Source: the human T2T-CHM13v2.0 reference genome, Homo sapiens. From it: DNA of 64,000 nt. The notes below the pieces were generated by a model. That model had not been told where the DNA came from, made no database searches, and saw nothing but the letters and a program-made list of their open reading frames with translations. Made by a program: the position numbers and the translations under genes. Below are positions 1 to 16,643 of the stretch, one piece after another. The DNA lies in assembly GCF_009914755.1 (NCBI RefSeq), contig NC_060933.1; one strand, written 5' to 3'. Position 1 is the first letter of the stretch; each line of letters begins with the position of its first letter.

Positions 1-170
1 ATCATTGGTAGCTTAAATTCAGCCAGCCAGCATGCAGCAAAGCCTGGGACACAATCCCACAAGTTTTGAATACTCACTCTTTCCTCCCTGAAATTCTTTC
101 CTTCTGTTTATATAGCATGTATAGCATTGTGCTTCCCTATTTCTCTTTTGTCTTCCAAAAGCTCAGGTGA

Positions 171-556
<386 letters not shown>

Positions 557-1662
557 TGGCCCAGCCTCACCTTTAAGCTTCTGATGCTGGTACAGTCATC
601 TCTGATTTAGTGATTGCTCACATTTTTACTTGGAAGTCTTAAGAATTTTTTTTTATTTTTTCAAATTAAATGAGCCAAAAAGAAAAAGGGAAACTCTTTG
701 GTTTTCCCTTCCCTAATTTCTCTTCCTGTCTTCTATCAGTGATAATAACTTCAACTTCTCTAGCACCTCAGCTAACCTGGAAATCATCTTTGGTTCATCT
801 CTTTTTCTACCTTTCATGTCTAGGATAGCAGTAAGTTCTGTTTTTTAACCAAAATGTTCCTTCCTCTTTACAGATAGAAATGACTTGATATCTGAGGTTC
901 CTTTTAAAACAGGGCTGCTCAAAGTTTAATGTGCATAATGGTTTAAGTTGCGTGATAGGGCTCAATTGGAAATCATTATACTAGGCTCTCTGAGGTTTGA
1001 TTGAAATTTTTCATTATAAAAAGGCAGACTATTTCCTCATTTCTGAAGTCAACACCCATGAAATCTGCCTCTCCTCAGTAACCTATCCTGATTAACTCTG
1101 ATTTTTTAAATAACTGTCTTATTCAAGAACCATAAGTAGTGGCTTCTTTCCTGCTGCTCTTTTACCTGGCTTTCTGAATCCTCCTTGAAGGTCTGTTACC
1201 ATCCAGCTTTGTTCTCATAATGTCCCTAGTCTAGCCAGACTGTTCTCACTTTCCCAATAGTTCCATGTCTTCGTTTTCCATTAGATTACCAACCCTTACT
1301 CTCCCACACGTGTATGTCTTCCTCATCTGTCAGGTTCACTGCATCCTTTTAAACTTTCTGTTGTTATGACAGCTAGATCACTGAAGTGATCTCTCATTTT
1401 TATAAACTTCTAAAGTTGTCTTAGCTTTTTCAGGATAATTCAACTCTGCCCTCAATCTTATGTCACTGGTGGTGTTCATTAATTGCATTATGTGTTAGGC
1501 TTTGTACCATCCTAGCCAGAAAGCTCCTTATATTCCCACAGAGCCTAGCAGAATGGCTGTACATAGTACAACCTCAATAAATAATGTAGATTGTTTGACC
1601 TATAAACCTTATGGATTGGGGGGAGATGCGGAAAGCATACCGATACAGAAGTATGAATTTAG

Positions 1663-1866
<204 letters not shown>

Positions 1867-2261
1867 TGAAACAATTTAAGAGAAGAGTATTTTATGATTT
1901 GGAAAGGAGAAATTAAGTCCATAAAATCAGTCTTAAGCCTCTGGGTGTAAGACTGACTGACTGGAGGATAAGGTCCCAAAATGATCATGAAATGTTCCAT
2001 ACTCCATATGTTAACTGCTTAGGCATCATTCATTGCGAATTCTAATGGAAAAAATAGGGATAGACTGGTGAAGTTCATGGGGTGTTTTGTTTTCAGATTT
2101 AAGTGTATATACTTTAAAAGGCCAGGATACTTTTATTAACTCTAATTCTAATTAGATCCCTTTGCTTTTCCCAAAAAAATATTATACTATCATTTGAAAG
2201 ACTTAGTAAACTAGTACCTAGGAACTTAAGAACCTGCAGATTTAATAGGAAAACAACTTGA

Positions 2262-3029
<768 letters not shown>

Positions 3030-4556
3030 TAAAGGGGCAAGAATTAATGAGCTTAAACTTAGAAAAATAGAAATGTCCTGTTTTGACACCATGATTGTGT
3101 TTAAGGAATTCATAGTCAAATTTTCTGTTTATATCTTTAATTTGGAAGAATTCAGACAGATTCCTTTGAATATCATAAAGTAACATTGCAGAGATATTTT
3201 TTCCATTGTCCATAAATAGGCCTAAAACAGATTAATGAGTTCAGAGTAGTGTTTTGAAATTTTAATATATTGAAGAAATTTAATATGTATATTAGAATAC
3301 ATGTAATAGGAACATGGAAGAAATATTACATAAGATTATTGAAATATTACATAAGAAACATAGCAAAGAAAGTATTATTTGAGATATTAGTGAGTTTGAG
3401 CTTCTCACAACAGTAGATTTGTTTCCTTTCAGTGTGGGTTACTGAGGGGACACTTACTAGAGCATGGTCATAACAGAGCACCTTGAGCTAGTCTTCCCCA
3501 AAGCAAGCTGAGAAGGCTCAGGCCTGCCACAGCAAAGACCCTCATAGCACACAGTTTTTCTCAAAATAATGGCTTCTTTGCAACTCCTGAAAATTTATTT
3601 CATTAGCTATTTGACAAAAGGGCTTGACAGTTGGTTATTCGATAGGCTACACTTAAAGATTCTTTCCAGTTACTGCAAAGTTGTTTCCATTGATGTAAGA
3701 AGCTAACCATAAACCTGGTTTCAATCTCTGCCTGAAGCAGATTTCCTGTCAGCTTCTTTGCTTCATGACAATGAACTGAAACCAGAGGAGACACTCAAGC
3801 AGAGGCCAGGTGGCCTTGAAGTATGATTCCATGGCTAACCCTAAAGAAAAAGACATAGGGTTTTAAAAATAGAATCAAAATAAATGCAGCTGTTTTTTGG
3901 TTCCGGGTCACTCCCTGCAACTTCACTGTATCTCCCTGACAATGTAATTTTTTTCTGCAACAGAATTCCTAAGTTGCTATGGATTGGCAGATAATAATTA
4001 CAATTACAGTTGTCTATTAGGCACCTTTCCATAAAGACCAAGATAGGCAGGTTAAATTTGTGAAAGAAAAATGGAGGATTCTGAATGTGCAGCAGAACTT
4101 TACTACTTGCTATTGCCCAAAGCAAAGATTCTAGTCACATCCTCAGAAAACTCTGCAACAGGAGACAGACCTGACCTATTTTGGAGTCAGGCAAACCTCC
4201 CTTTTTTTTCTTCCTTTTCTGCTGATCTTCAACAATTTACTTAACTCAGTTTCCTCACTTGTAAAATACAAATGATATGCCTATCTGCAGAGTCACTGGG
4301 AGAAATAAATGAAATGACTTAAAGTATATGTATGCTATCTGGCATGTAGTAGGAGTTTAATAAATTATAGTTTACATACACCAGAAGAGTACTTGCCTCG
4401 CTTTTCCTTGTATGGTACTTTTTAATCTTATTATTAAACTAACCCCTGTGGTGGTGTGGCTACATTCTTTGAGTTTAGAAAACGAGATAAAGAATTGCTC
4501 ATATCTTCCCAAATTGTGTAGTATAAAAAGAATGCTGTCCTGGTTGTTTTTTGTAG

Positions 4557-4760
<204 letters not shown>

Positions 4761-4804
4761 TAGCATCTTTCTCTAATGGTACTGCATATGGTGTGTAATC
4801 CTAG

Positions 4805-4942
<138 letters not shown>

Positions 4943-5136
4943 TAAAATAATAAAGAGCCATTACTGCTTTTTGGGCATTCATGACACATTGCATTTCAAG
5001 ACATTTACAAAATTAGGTCTTAATGGAAACAACTATTTAATCCAATTGCAGTTTCTTTTTCCATTCCCAAAAAGCAGAGGCCACACAGAAGGCTTCCCTT
5101 TTTCCTTCCTCCCAAGTTCACTTCAGTACCCTCTGA

Positions 5137-5483
<347 letters not shown>

Positions 5484-5500
5484 AAATGCTACAAACTTTT

Positions 5501-6212
5501 TTTTCCCATAAGTTACTGGGGTCCAGGTGGTATTTGGTTACATTAATAAGTTATTTAGTGGTGATTTGTGAGATTTTGGTGCACCCATCACCCAAGCAGT
5601 ATACACTGCACCATATTTGTTGTCTTTTATCCCTCACCCCCTCCCAGCCTTTCCCCCAAGTCCCCAAAGTCCATTGTATCATTCTTATGCCTTTGCGTCC
5701 TCATGGTTTAGCTCCCACATATCAGTGAGAACATACTACATTTGGTTTTCCATTCCTGAGTTACTTCACTTAGAATAATACTCTCCAATCTCATCAGGTC
5801 ACTGCAAATGCTGTTAATTCATTCCTTTTTATGGCTGAGTAGTATTCCATCATATATACGTATATACAAGTTTCTTTATCCACTCGTTGACTGATGGGCA
5901 TTTGGGTTGGTTCCACGATTTTGCAGTTGTGAACTGTGCTGCTATAAACGTGTGTGCAAGTATCTTTTTTGAATGACTTCTTTTCCTCTGGGTAGAACCC
6001 CAGTAGTGAGATTGCTGGATCAAATGGTAGTTCTACTTTTGGTTATTGAGGGAATCTCCACCCTGTTTTCCATAGCAGCTGTACTAGTTTACATTCCCAC
6101 CGGCAGTGTAGAAGTGTTCCCTGATGGCCACATCCATGCCAACATCTACTGTTTTTTGATTATGGTCATTCTTGCAGGAGTAAGGTGGCATTGCGTTGTG
6201 GTTTTGATTTGA
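5501..6212 (-). mobile_element. 5'-truncated L1 3' end (L1PB-like)
   Basis: Antisense L1 3'UTR/ORF2 end; TSD aaatgc(t/a)acaaactttt at 5484-5500 and 6213-6229. Confidence 0.88.
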
Positions 6213-6734
6213 AAATGCAACAAACTTTTAAATTACCTCTGATGATAGAGGACCAAAAGGAAGATAGATAAATCTGTAGGTAATCCAAAAGCCTTCTTAA
6301 AGTCGTAATTTTACCTTTCCTTCTAATTATACTTTTTGATATAAATTTAGTGCTAATGCATTTGACACTCTTGTGACCTATTGATTAGAGAAGTTATTAC
6401 ACAGTCGGGGAGCCAAATGAATTGTATGCTGGAGACTGAAACTGCTATCACCCATAGATGGGATATTGTCTTCTGAGAGATGACTATGAATTCACACTAA
6501 CATTATAAAATCATGAGAATTTCCTCTGGTTTGTGAGGCCTGTGTATTCCTTCCTATGTTCTTCTGTTGTTGTCTCATTTTTTTCCTTACCTAATCCTTT
6601 GTTTTATATTGTTCATATTCTCTTTTTTTTTTTTTTCCCCAGGACAACATGAACATATGTTTATATTCTTACTACCGTGCTTGGGCACATAGTGAGAGCT
6701 TATTGAACGTTTGTTATTGTCATGTTTTACTGGG

Positions 6735-7030
<296 letters not shown>

Positions 7031-7044
7031 TGTTTTACTGTTTT

Positions 7045-7272
7045 TTAACAAGTGCTTACTACATGCCAGGCCTTATTCTAAGCATTTACATACATAGGTC
7101 CTATTTTAAACAACTCTATGAGGGTTATCCACATTGTATAGGTGAAGAAACAGAGGCCTAGGAAAATAAACTTAGTTATGTTCACACAACAAATGAGTGG
7201 CAGAGCCAAGATCCGAATCCAGGCAGTACTGCACCAGAGACTAGGCTCTTTACCCCACCACTAAACTGCCTC
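7045..7272 (-). mobile_element. MIR
   Basis: Antisense MIR core (gaagaaacagaggc...agtggcagagcc). Confidence 0.7.
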
Positions 7273-7387
7273 TCACTTAAAGCACCACATTATCCAGTTA
7301 CCAAACCAGTTCCCCCACATTAGCTCATGTAAGTCAGGAATGAGAGACTATACTTAGGCAAGTTGTAATTTTTAAAAATTGGTTTCA

Positions 7388-7685
7388 GGACTGGCAAGGT
7401 GGCTAACACCTGTAATTCCAGCACTTTGGGAGGCCAAGGTGGGAGGATTGCTTGAGGCCAGGAGTTCAAGATGAGTCTGGGCAACACAGCAAGATCCCAT
7501 CCTTGCAAAAATAAAAATACATTGGCTAGGCATGGTGGCAAGTACCTGTAGTCCCAGCTACTTGGGAGGCTGAGGTGGGGAAGATAGCTTGAGCCCAGGA
7601 GTTTGAGGTTGCAGTGAGCTATGATCACACCACTGCACTCCAGACTGGGTGACATTGTGAAACCTTGTCATTTAAGAAAAAAAAA
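7388..7685 (+). mobile_element. AluJ
   Basis: Full dimer. Confidence 0.93.
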
Positions 7686-8090
7686 GTTGGTATTCTTTTC
7701 ATATGTCTGCATGACTCACACTGAGAAATTTAATTTCACTTTGCCTCTCTATTCTTAGTTTCTTTGATGTGCTCTCCTTCCCTCTTTTCATTGGGCTTTT
7801 CAAATATAGCATAGAGGTTTGCTGCCTTTCTTTCTGTCAGCCACCCATCACCTGCTTCCTGGTCTGACTTCTTCTGTCCCCCTTTTCCTGTTCCCTGTAT
7901 TCATTCTACAAATGTGTCTTAAGAGCCTTCTGTGTTCCGAGGGTTGTGGTGTAACACGGAGGAGAAGCGTTGATACTTTATCTTCATTGTCAATCAGAAT
8001 TAGATCTTGGATCTCTTATCTCCTTGTCAGCTTTATCAGTACCTCTGCGTAATAAGGATGTGAAATCCTCCAGTAAAGATTATTCTGTAG

Positions 8091-8471
<381 letters not shown>

Positions 8472-8573
8472 TAGTTGATATTCAAGGAATTATTTTCATT
8501 CCAAACTTAGGAATGGATAAAAGCCAACTTTTTGTACATGAGTTGGAATGCCCACTGTTTGACCAAAGATGTA

Positions 8574-8579
8574 AATAAA
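8574..8579 (+). terminator. RIC1: Intronic polyA signal for truncated RIC1 isoform
   Basis: AATAAA 100 nt after in-frame intronic stop at 8472-8474; upstream UGUA motifs. Confidence 0.55.
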
Positions 8580-9230
8580 GTAGAACCTATGTCTCTAAGT
8601 CTTGTGACCTTGAAGTCTAATTCAAAAATCTAATCATTCTTGGATTATAAAGAAGTTGAGAACTGCCTGAATATAAAAGCTACCATGCTTATGTTATTGT
8701 GGGAAGGAGTTCTGGAATCAGATAGACATGGACCTCAAAGTAAGCTGACAGAACTCATTCCAGGGGAACAGTAAGGCCACCTTCTAAACTAGGAGAGGAC
8801 AAACTGAAAGTGTATATTTTGGTGAAATAAAAATTTAAAGTTTTTTAATTCAGGACTTTTTATGAAGACTGTTCTAATTATTATTATTTGTGAATATTGA
8901 AACCAAAACTTTTAACTTTGGCATTTGGAAACTTCATGTTATCTTAAGAGCCAAAGCAAATCACTTAGAAGATCAACATAATAAAGTTTTGCCTAGCTCC
9001 AGTAAGAAATAGGATGATATAACTTTTAGGTGGTATTGTGGTCAGTCCATTGTTACACAATCCCATGTCTCTAGTTTTGGGGTGGCTGATACAGTACAGG
9101 ACAGTAATTGCCTTTGAACTGTTCTTATTGGGTAGGCAGGTGGGGGAAGCTAAAAGAGCTGAATTGAAAATGTCAGTGTGTGCATCTTCAGTTTCTTCCT
9201 CCATTTTTTGTTTTCGGACCCACTCTGCAG

Positions 9231-9422
9231 TGGGAGAGCAGCTGTTAAAGTCTCAATCAGCTGACCCATTTTTGAACCTTGAGATGGATGCTGGCATCTC
9301 CAACATCCAGCGAAGTCAGAGCTGGCTCAGCAACATTGGCCCCACCCATCATGAGATAGACACAGCTTCATCCCATGGACCACAAATGCAAGATGCCTTC
9401 TTGTCACCTTTATCTAATAAAG
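9231..9422 (+). CDS. RIC1: RIC1 coding exon (VGEQLLKSQ...LSNK)
   Basis: ctgcag acceptor, gtaaat donor; 192 nt, phase 1/1. Confidence 0.93.
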
Positions 9423-10194
9423 GTAAATGTAATTTTAAATCCTAGCTCTTCAGTTCCTTTGAAGAAAATTTATGTGCTATAGCACTTCAGAGATAGACCT
9501 TCATTCTTTTTCTATCGTGATGGAGGATTAACCATTTGTATCCACTGGAGAGGTAGAAAGTTTGTAGAACAAGGCCAAACTGGCCTTGACTGTACTTTGC
9601 CATATTTATTTTATGTGAACAAAATAAATAGTACAGATCAACATTAATAGATGAATCTTTGTAAATCAATTTTGATGATAAGGAAACACTAACTTTGAGC
9701 CCCAAGTAAGCAAAATGTTATCCTCATATAAAGAATTCCATTTTTATCATAATTAGATGTGGATCATAACAAATTTTACTGCATTATCATTTTTATGTTT
9801 TTTATTTATTTTTCTTTTGGAATATGTGAGGAGGTAATGTTTTTTATTTCATCAATAAAAATTGTGGACATTTGCTTTTTCTCTTGCTATATAAGTTCCT
9901 ACATAATATCCTTGATTTTGCCTCTTGGCCTTAAAAGCTTGTAGTATTTACTATCTGGTGCTTTTACAAAAAAATGTACACCAACCTCTGCTCTGTAGTA
10001 ATGGGTAAATCACAAACTGAAGAGGTTTTGAAGCAATTTGTGTTGGCATAGGGTTATATAGTATAGGAGCTTAAACAACAATTTGTCTGAGTTTGCAGTT
10101 TTTTTAGTGGCCAGGCATTTGTCTAATGTTTGATTATCAGTCTGTCATCACTATTACCTGAGCTTCTGCTATGTGAGGAGGCTTACAGATCTCA

Positions 10195-10870
10195 TTAGTT
10201 TTGTTTTAAATTGTGGTAGAATACACAATTTAACAGCTTAACCGTTTTTAAGCAGAGTTTGTAGTGTTAATTATGCCCACATTGTTCTGCAATCAGCCTC
10301 CAGAATGCTCTTCATCTTCAAAACGAAAACTCTGTATATGTTACTTAATAACAGCAGCTCCTCATACCTTCTTCCCCCAGCCAGTGGCAACCACCATTTT
10401 ATTTTTTCTCTCTGAATTTGACTATTCTAGGTACTTCATATAAGGAAATCATATAGTGTTTGTCTTTTTCTGACCAGCTTATTTCACTTAGCATAATGTC
10501 CTCATGTTCATCCTTTTTGGAGCATGTTTTATTCCTTTGTATGCAGATACCACGTTTTGTGTATTCTTCTGATGATGGACACTTGGGTTGCTTTTACTTT
10601 TGGCTATTGTGAATTATGCTGCTGTGAATGTGGGTATATAATATTTCTGTGAGACTCTGTTTTCAGTTATTTTGGGTATATATATCCAGAAATGGGACTG
10701 CTGGGTCATAATTCTACTTGCATTTTTTTTGAGGAATCCATGTTTCCCATAGCAACTGCACCATTTTAAATTATCAGCAGTGGACAAGGGTTCTATTTTC
10801 TCCACATCTCACCAACACTCACTTTCAGTTTTTTGATAGTAGTCATCCTAATGGGTGTGAGATGGTGCCA
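10195..10870 (-). mobile_element. Old L1M (L1MA/MB-type) 3' end
   Basis: Diverged antisense L1 3' sequence (gatggacacttgggttg..., ccacatctcaccaacact). Confidence 0.75.
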
Positions 10871-11705
10871 TTACTTTAGAAAACTTTTTTCAAGAGATAA
10901 TTTCAAATATATTAAAAAGTACAGTTAATAATATAGTGGGTTCTCCTCCCTCCCCCATGTGGCCGTCACTCAGCTTACATCACTAATGGCCACATATGTT
11001 TGTTGTACCTCCCCACTCTTGTATTAACTGAAGAAAATCCATGACATATTATCTATAAATATTTCAGTTTTTTTCCTACAAGGACTCTTTAAGAATTATG
11101 ACCAAAATACCATTATCATCCCTATAAAAATTTGATAATTCCTTGGTACCATCAAATATCCATTAAGTATTCAGATTTCTAATTGTTTCATAGACATCAT
11201 AATTTTGTATAGGTTAAGATTTAAATAAGGTTCACATATTGTGATTGTGTTCTTAATTCTCTTTTTAAGTGGATGTTCCCCCACCCTCTCCTTTTCCCTT
11301 CCTTGCAGTTTATTCATGGAAGAAATTTGGTTTTGTGGATTTTCTCACAATAATGATTTTGCTTATTACATCTCCATGGTTTAGTTTAACAGTTTCCTCT
11401 ATTTCCTGTAGTAGCTGAATGTAAAGACTTGGTCAAACTCTAGCTAGATTTTATTGAGGGAGTTGGGGAAGACTGCTTCATAGGTGGTGGTAGTATATTT
11501 TTCCATCTAAAGGTACATAATGTCGGTTATCTAATTCTTTCTTTAAATGTTTTCTATGTTCACATGGTAATTTTAGCCATGGATTTCATGTTTTAGTTTC
11601 AAGATCCTGAGAAATCAACATCTGAGGAACAGCTAATATTTAAAATTAAAGGAAAATATATTTTCTCCACGAAGTTGGTTGTAACTTTTGGCAATTCTTC
11701 ATCAG

Positions 11706-11883
11706 GTGATGAATGCAGTATTGGTTCAGCCACAGACTTGACTGAAAGTAGCTCCATGGTGGATGGCGACTGGACAATGGTGGATGAAAATTTCTCTACA
11801 CTCAGTTTAACTCAGTCAGAGCTGGAGCACATTTCCATGGAGTTGGCCAGTAAAGGGCCTCATAAATCCCAGGTCCAGCTTCG
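11706..11883 (+). CDS. RIC1: RIC1 coding exon (GDECSIGS...SQVQLR)
   Basis: catcag acceptor, gtgagt donor; 178 nt. Confidence 0.94.
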
Positions 11884-12033
11884 GTGAGTTTCTTGGCTAT
11901 TTGAAATCACAGAATGCCTACTCAGAGTATTTGGGCAAATAGGTATGGGGCTACTCTCCTAATAATCATTGCACTTCTGTACATCTTATAGATCTTTCTT
12001 AGCATAAATCATTTTGTTTCTGCTTATATTTAG

Positions 12034-12222
12034 GTATTTGCTACACATTTTCATGGAGGCAGGGTGCCTAGACTGGTGCATCGTTATAGGCCTGATTCTT
12101 AGAGAATCCTCAATAATCAATCAGATTTTGGTTATTACACAGTCTTCAGAGGTAGATGGAGAGATGTTACAGAACATAAAGACAGGGCTCCATGCAGTGG
12201 ACCGATGGGCCTCTACAGACTG
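12034..12222 (+). CDS. RIC1: RIC1 penultimate coding exon (YLLHIFMEAGC...WASTD)
   Basis: atttag acceptor, gtaagt donor; 189 nt, phase 2/2. Confidence 0.95.
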
Positions 12223-13099
12223 GTAAGTGCTGCTTTCCTTAGGCTTGGTGTCCTTCCATGTCTTTTGGTGAATCCTGTCCTTTCACATTAAGGCCTAGTT
12301 ATGGTTCATGTGTTACATTTTATTTATTTATTATATATTATTTATTATATGTTCATTTTTAAGCTACTTTCTTTAGTAATCATTCTATACCCAGCTATTT
12401 AAATGGATAATTCCATCGAGTAAGGTTACACTGTTGGTCAGTGTATAATTTATAGTGTGAATGTATATCACTGACTTAAGATTGATGCAGTGCAAATGAG
12501 CTTAGAATTAGACTGGAACTTCAGATTTGCATCCCTGTGAAATTGAAAGCAATGGTCTACAAATATCTACTTGAAAAGATTCAAACTTAAGGTCCATGTG
12601 AATTTAACATTCCATGGCAGTTACAAGCAAATCCAAATTAGAGTTGTGGTTGCAGTTAAGAGCCTTGGACTCTAGCCCTGTCTTTATTACCAGTTAATGT
12701 GTGTATTTGGAGCTAGTTACTTCCCTTACTTGGATCTGGTTTTCCTTAATTGGCAAATGCATTTAGGTTAAATGTTGTCTGAAGGTCCTTTTTCAAGTCT
12801 AAGCTCCTGTTGGCCTTTCAATTGTAAAATATAATTTTTAGTTGTAATACTGGTTCTAAAACATCAGCCTTTGCCCCTAATGCTTAGAAACTTAAGCCTC
12901 AGGCTTATGCAATGTGCAGCCCCCTCTGCTGGGCAGGACACCCAAGAAGCCTTTCCTCCCTACCTTCTTTGCCTCCTCTCTCCCCTCCTAATCTATCGTC
13001 GTCTTTACCATATCAATGTTCAGTAGAAGTTCACCCGTAATGTTCTACCAAACCTTTTGAATTATGGCAGATGAGCTAATGTTTTTTTTCTCTACATAG

Positions 13100-13388
13100 T
13101 CCTGGATATAAGCCATTTTTAAACATCATTAAGCCACAACTGCAGAAGCTCAGTGAGATAACAGAAGAGCAGGTCCAGCCAGATGCCTTCCAACCAATAA
13201 CTATGGGTAAGACTCCAGAACAGACTAGCCCCCGGGCAGAGGAGAGCAGGGGCTCCTCCAGCCATGGAAGCATCCCCCAGGGTGAAGTTGGAAGCAGCAA
13301 TATGGTCAGCCGGAAAGAGGAGGACACAGCCCAAGCAGAGGAGGAAGAACCTTTTCAGGATGGGACGTACGACTGTTCTGTGTCCTAA
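13100..13388 (+). CDS. RIC1: RIC1 terminal coding exon (CPGYKPFLNIIK...GTYDCSVS*)
   Basis: acatag acceptor; TAA at 13386-13388; frame continues from previous exon. Confidence 0.95.
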
Positions 13389-15705
13389 CAGTGAGGTTCC
13401 ATCACAAAGGGGCAGTATTAATTAGCAGCAGCGTGCAGCTCAGTACGTTGTAACATAGTTGGATGATTTAACAGGAGAACTCAGTTCAGAGACTCTTCGG
13501 TAAGTATTAGTAGATTTTAACTAATTCTTTCTTGTCTAAGAAATCTTTTTGACTCCATAAAAATGTGATATAAAGCATCTTTCATAAAAAAATTTTAAGC
13601 TGCAGTGAAAAGTAAATATTGTACAGATGTACATGAGAATATTTTGGTTTTACTCAAAGGTTGGTAGCTCTTAAACCACAGGAATTGTTTTGCCCCAGGT
13701 GAGCTTACTTTTTCACTACTTACATCTTCTCACATTTCCCGGTTCTGCATTATGTCCAGATTGCTTTTTAAAAAATAAATGCTAAGGTGCTTGCTATAGT
13801 CTATCAGGTACTTGAGCTACCTGTTTGCTCCCTTGGATACAGCTGGACTCTTTAATCAGTCCTCCTGAATAGATTGCTACCCTGGGGCACAATATGTGCC
13901 AGTGTGATGGAAACATTCTCCTTGGCTTTACTAGCCAGTCAAATCCCAGTCTAGAATTGATGGAAGCTATTTACCTGTGAGTTAATGTGCTTGTTTTAGC
14001 AAGCTTGATTCCCATTAGACCAATGTGGGCAGAGGTCTGAGGGGGTTCTTCTCAATTTTGCTGTTAGATACCACTAAACTATTTTGTATTAAAGAACAGT
14101 ATCTTTTTGTGAATACTCTTGTGTAAATATATTCAAAGGCACTGTTCATATTTTAGGGCTTGTATTATAATTTGCAAGGTTTTAATGCTGGATTCTGCAT
14201 GTCTACACATACAAAGACAGGGCTTGCTCCTCTGCAAAACTGAGGAAGACAGGTTTATTGGCTTGGTCATGAAGTAACAGAAATGGTCACACTGATCATG
14301 AAATGCAGCAAGTTTTGTGCAAATTAACATAGTCTCTTATTTATTGCTTTTGTAAATTGAATAAAGATGGACTTCTATGTAAATAGACTGCTGAATCCTG
14401 TATTACCACGGCTACTAAAAATTAGTGTGTAAAGAATGCATTCTTCATTGTAAACTTAAAGTATTTTATGTACTTCTAGAAATGACTTAAATTTGTTTTC
14501 ATACATTATGAAAACAACTGCATACTCCTTAATTGCTTTAAACACCCATCCACTGTATGTAATTCTAATTACCTTATAACAGTATTAAGACAGCTTGTTT
14601 GTACTGTGCAATTTGAACAAGGAATGCAATGTTATTTTTTACAAAAAACAAACTTGTTTATTTTTATAATAACGATGTATTTGATGTGGACCAAATTCGT
14701 ACCACTATCTAAAATAGCCTCTTTTCTCATAGTGCAGTTGTAGTTTAGAAACAAAACTTGGTCCTCTCTCCTTGCTTTTTAAAGTAAATGGCTAGATTTA
14801 GTTGTCTTAGCCAGGTTTCCTTTGAAGAGAAACTCAAAACCATTTTGAAACTGCTTAGTTCAGAATACATCGAAGTATTTAAAATTACTGAGTTGGGTAA
14901 TTTACTATCATTTACTTTTTACATTACAAGTGCAATAATATTTCACAAAATGAAACTCCCGAATGGGTGGAGTATGTGATTATTGGTACCTGGTCCTTCT
15001 GGTGCTATTTTTATTTAAGTCTTTGTTTCAAACCACCTTTCCCTGAATCTTAAAGATAATGTTTTGCATGTGAGTACATGCAGCCCAGCAAGAAACTAAA
15101 CTGAACTCTCTTCTCCTATCCTAGTCCATTAAGGAGAAGAACCAGCATTGCTTTTGTGTTTGGTGTGAATATTCAGTCAATAAAAATGATTTACCATTAT
15201 AAAGAGCTGTGATCTTTTCAAGTATCTGAAATAAAACACTGTGCTGCTGAGTTCATCTCAAACATTCTTGAAAGCAGGGCACCAGTATAAGTTAACTGTA
15301 TTCCTGTGGGTTAGGCCGTGAATGAATCATTTCTTTTATACAATATTCTTTTACAACTAATAGAGATAGGAGGCCCCAAGGCAAGAAGTTTGGCAGGTTT
15401 ACAGAAAATTTGGTAATTTATTTGTTATATACCTTAATTTTTAAAAACCCATTTTTATTGTGGTGTTTGGTTCACATATCAACTGTTTAAGCCATAATTT
15501 TAGCCAATGAATTTAAATATTCAGTATAACTATTTGAGGTTTACTAGATGCATTTATTAATAAATTATTTGCTGAAACCAAAACAAGTCATTGGGGGTGT
15601 GGGAATAAAATCAACCTTTGCTTGTAATTAAAGTTGCTGCTATTTCTGTAATGTGTATTTTTCTCCCCTTGGTAAAGGGCAATAAAACCATTACACAAAC
15701 TTTGG
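13389..15705 (+). other. RIC1: RIC1 3'UTR (end approximate)
   Basis: Repeat-free AT-rich sequence after the stop; AATAAA at 14360, 15179, 15230, 15559, 15604, 15681. Confidence 0.75.
15681..15686 (+). terminator. RIC1: Probable distal polyA signal of RIC1
   Basis: Last AATAAA of a cluster, followed by U/GU-rich tttggtttatt. Confidence 0.6.
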
Positions 15706-16428
15706 TTTATTCATCATCTCAGGTTAACAGCCACGAAAATCATCTTTTCATTATATAATTCTGCTTCTTAGAATTTTCCTTATGAAATGAAATTCAGACA
15801 GATTTATTTAAAATATTTATTTATATGTAGATTTAGAATGACAGCATCAAGAGTTCGCAACATCCTAGATGCCTGACAGTAAAATACTGGAGGAAACAGC
15901 CCATGTCGATGACATGGAAAATGTTCAAAATATAATGAAGGAATGACAGAAAATTATGTATACCTTAAGATACCTACCAAGCAAACAAAATTTTACATGT
16001 AAGTATAGAGGAACCTAGGCGTCATTTCTAATAAGCGGGATTAAAAAGTACTTTGACTTTTTCCCATTTTCCTAATTTCAGTCTCCATGGATTTGCCTAT
16101 TCTGGACATTTCATATAAATGGAAACATATAGTATGTGAACTTTTCTATCTCACTTCTTGGCACCAAAGCATGTTGTTATTTTGGCTGTAGCCATCCAAG
16201 TTGTATATGAAGTAGTGTCTCATCATAGTTTAGATTTTCATTTACCTAATGGTTAATGTAAATCTTCTCGTAGGATTATTAGCCATTTGTCTATTTTTGA
16301 AGAAAAATGTCTGTTTAATTAGGTCGTTTCATTGTTGACTTGCTGGAGTTCTTTATATATTCTGGATACTACTCTTTTATGTACATATAAACTGCAACTA
16401 TTTCTTCATTCTGTGGGCTTTTCACTTT

Positions 16429-16643
16429 TTTAGGTTTCAATATTCAAGTTTTTTTTTTTAAGTAATGTTAATTACAGCATTTGAAGGGGAGGATCTAATT
16501 CCACACAAAATGGAAGACTCTAAAATGTACCCATTAAATACTGCTAAAAAAAAAAAACAAATTGAGTGGTGAGAATACAACAGAAGTCTGACTTAGACTG
16601 AGTGTTGTCAGCATGTGATTACAATCACACGGACTCTGAATCA
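16429..16643 (-). pseudogene. Short processed mRNA 3'-end retrocopy, probably HNRNPA3 3'UTR
   Basis: Non-L1 insert flanked by tttcacttt TSD (16420-16428, 16644-16652) with short A tail on -; parent gene recalled from memory only. Confidence 0.65.

Noticed and set aside
1375-1392. 8-bp palindrome agatcact-ga-agtgatct
   Set aside because: Too short and isolated; plausible by chance in 64 kb
3320-3356. 16-bp direct repeat gaaatattacataaga
   Set aside because: Ordinary slippage duplication with no functional context
9038-9230. Long N-terminal extension of ORF 9038..9445
   Set aside because: Intronic; the real exon starts at 9231 by acceptor and phase
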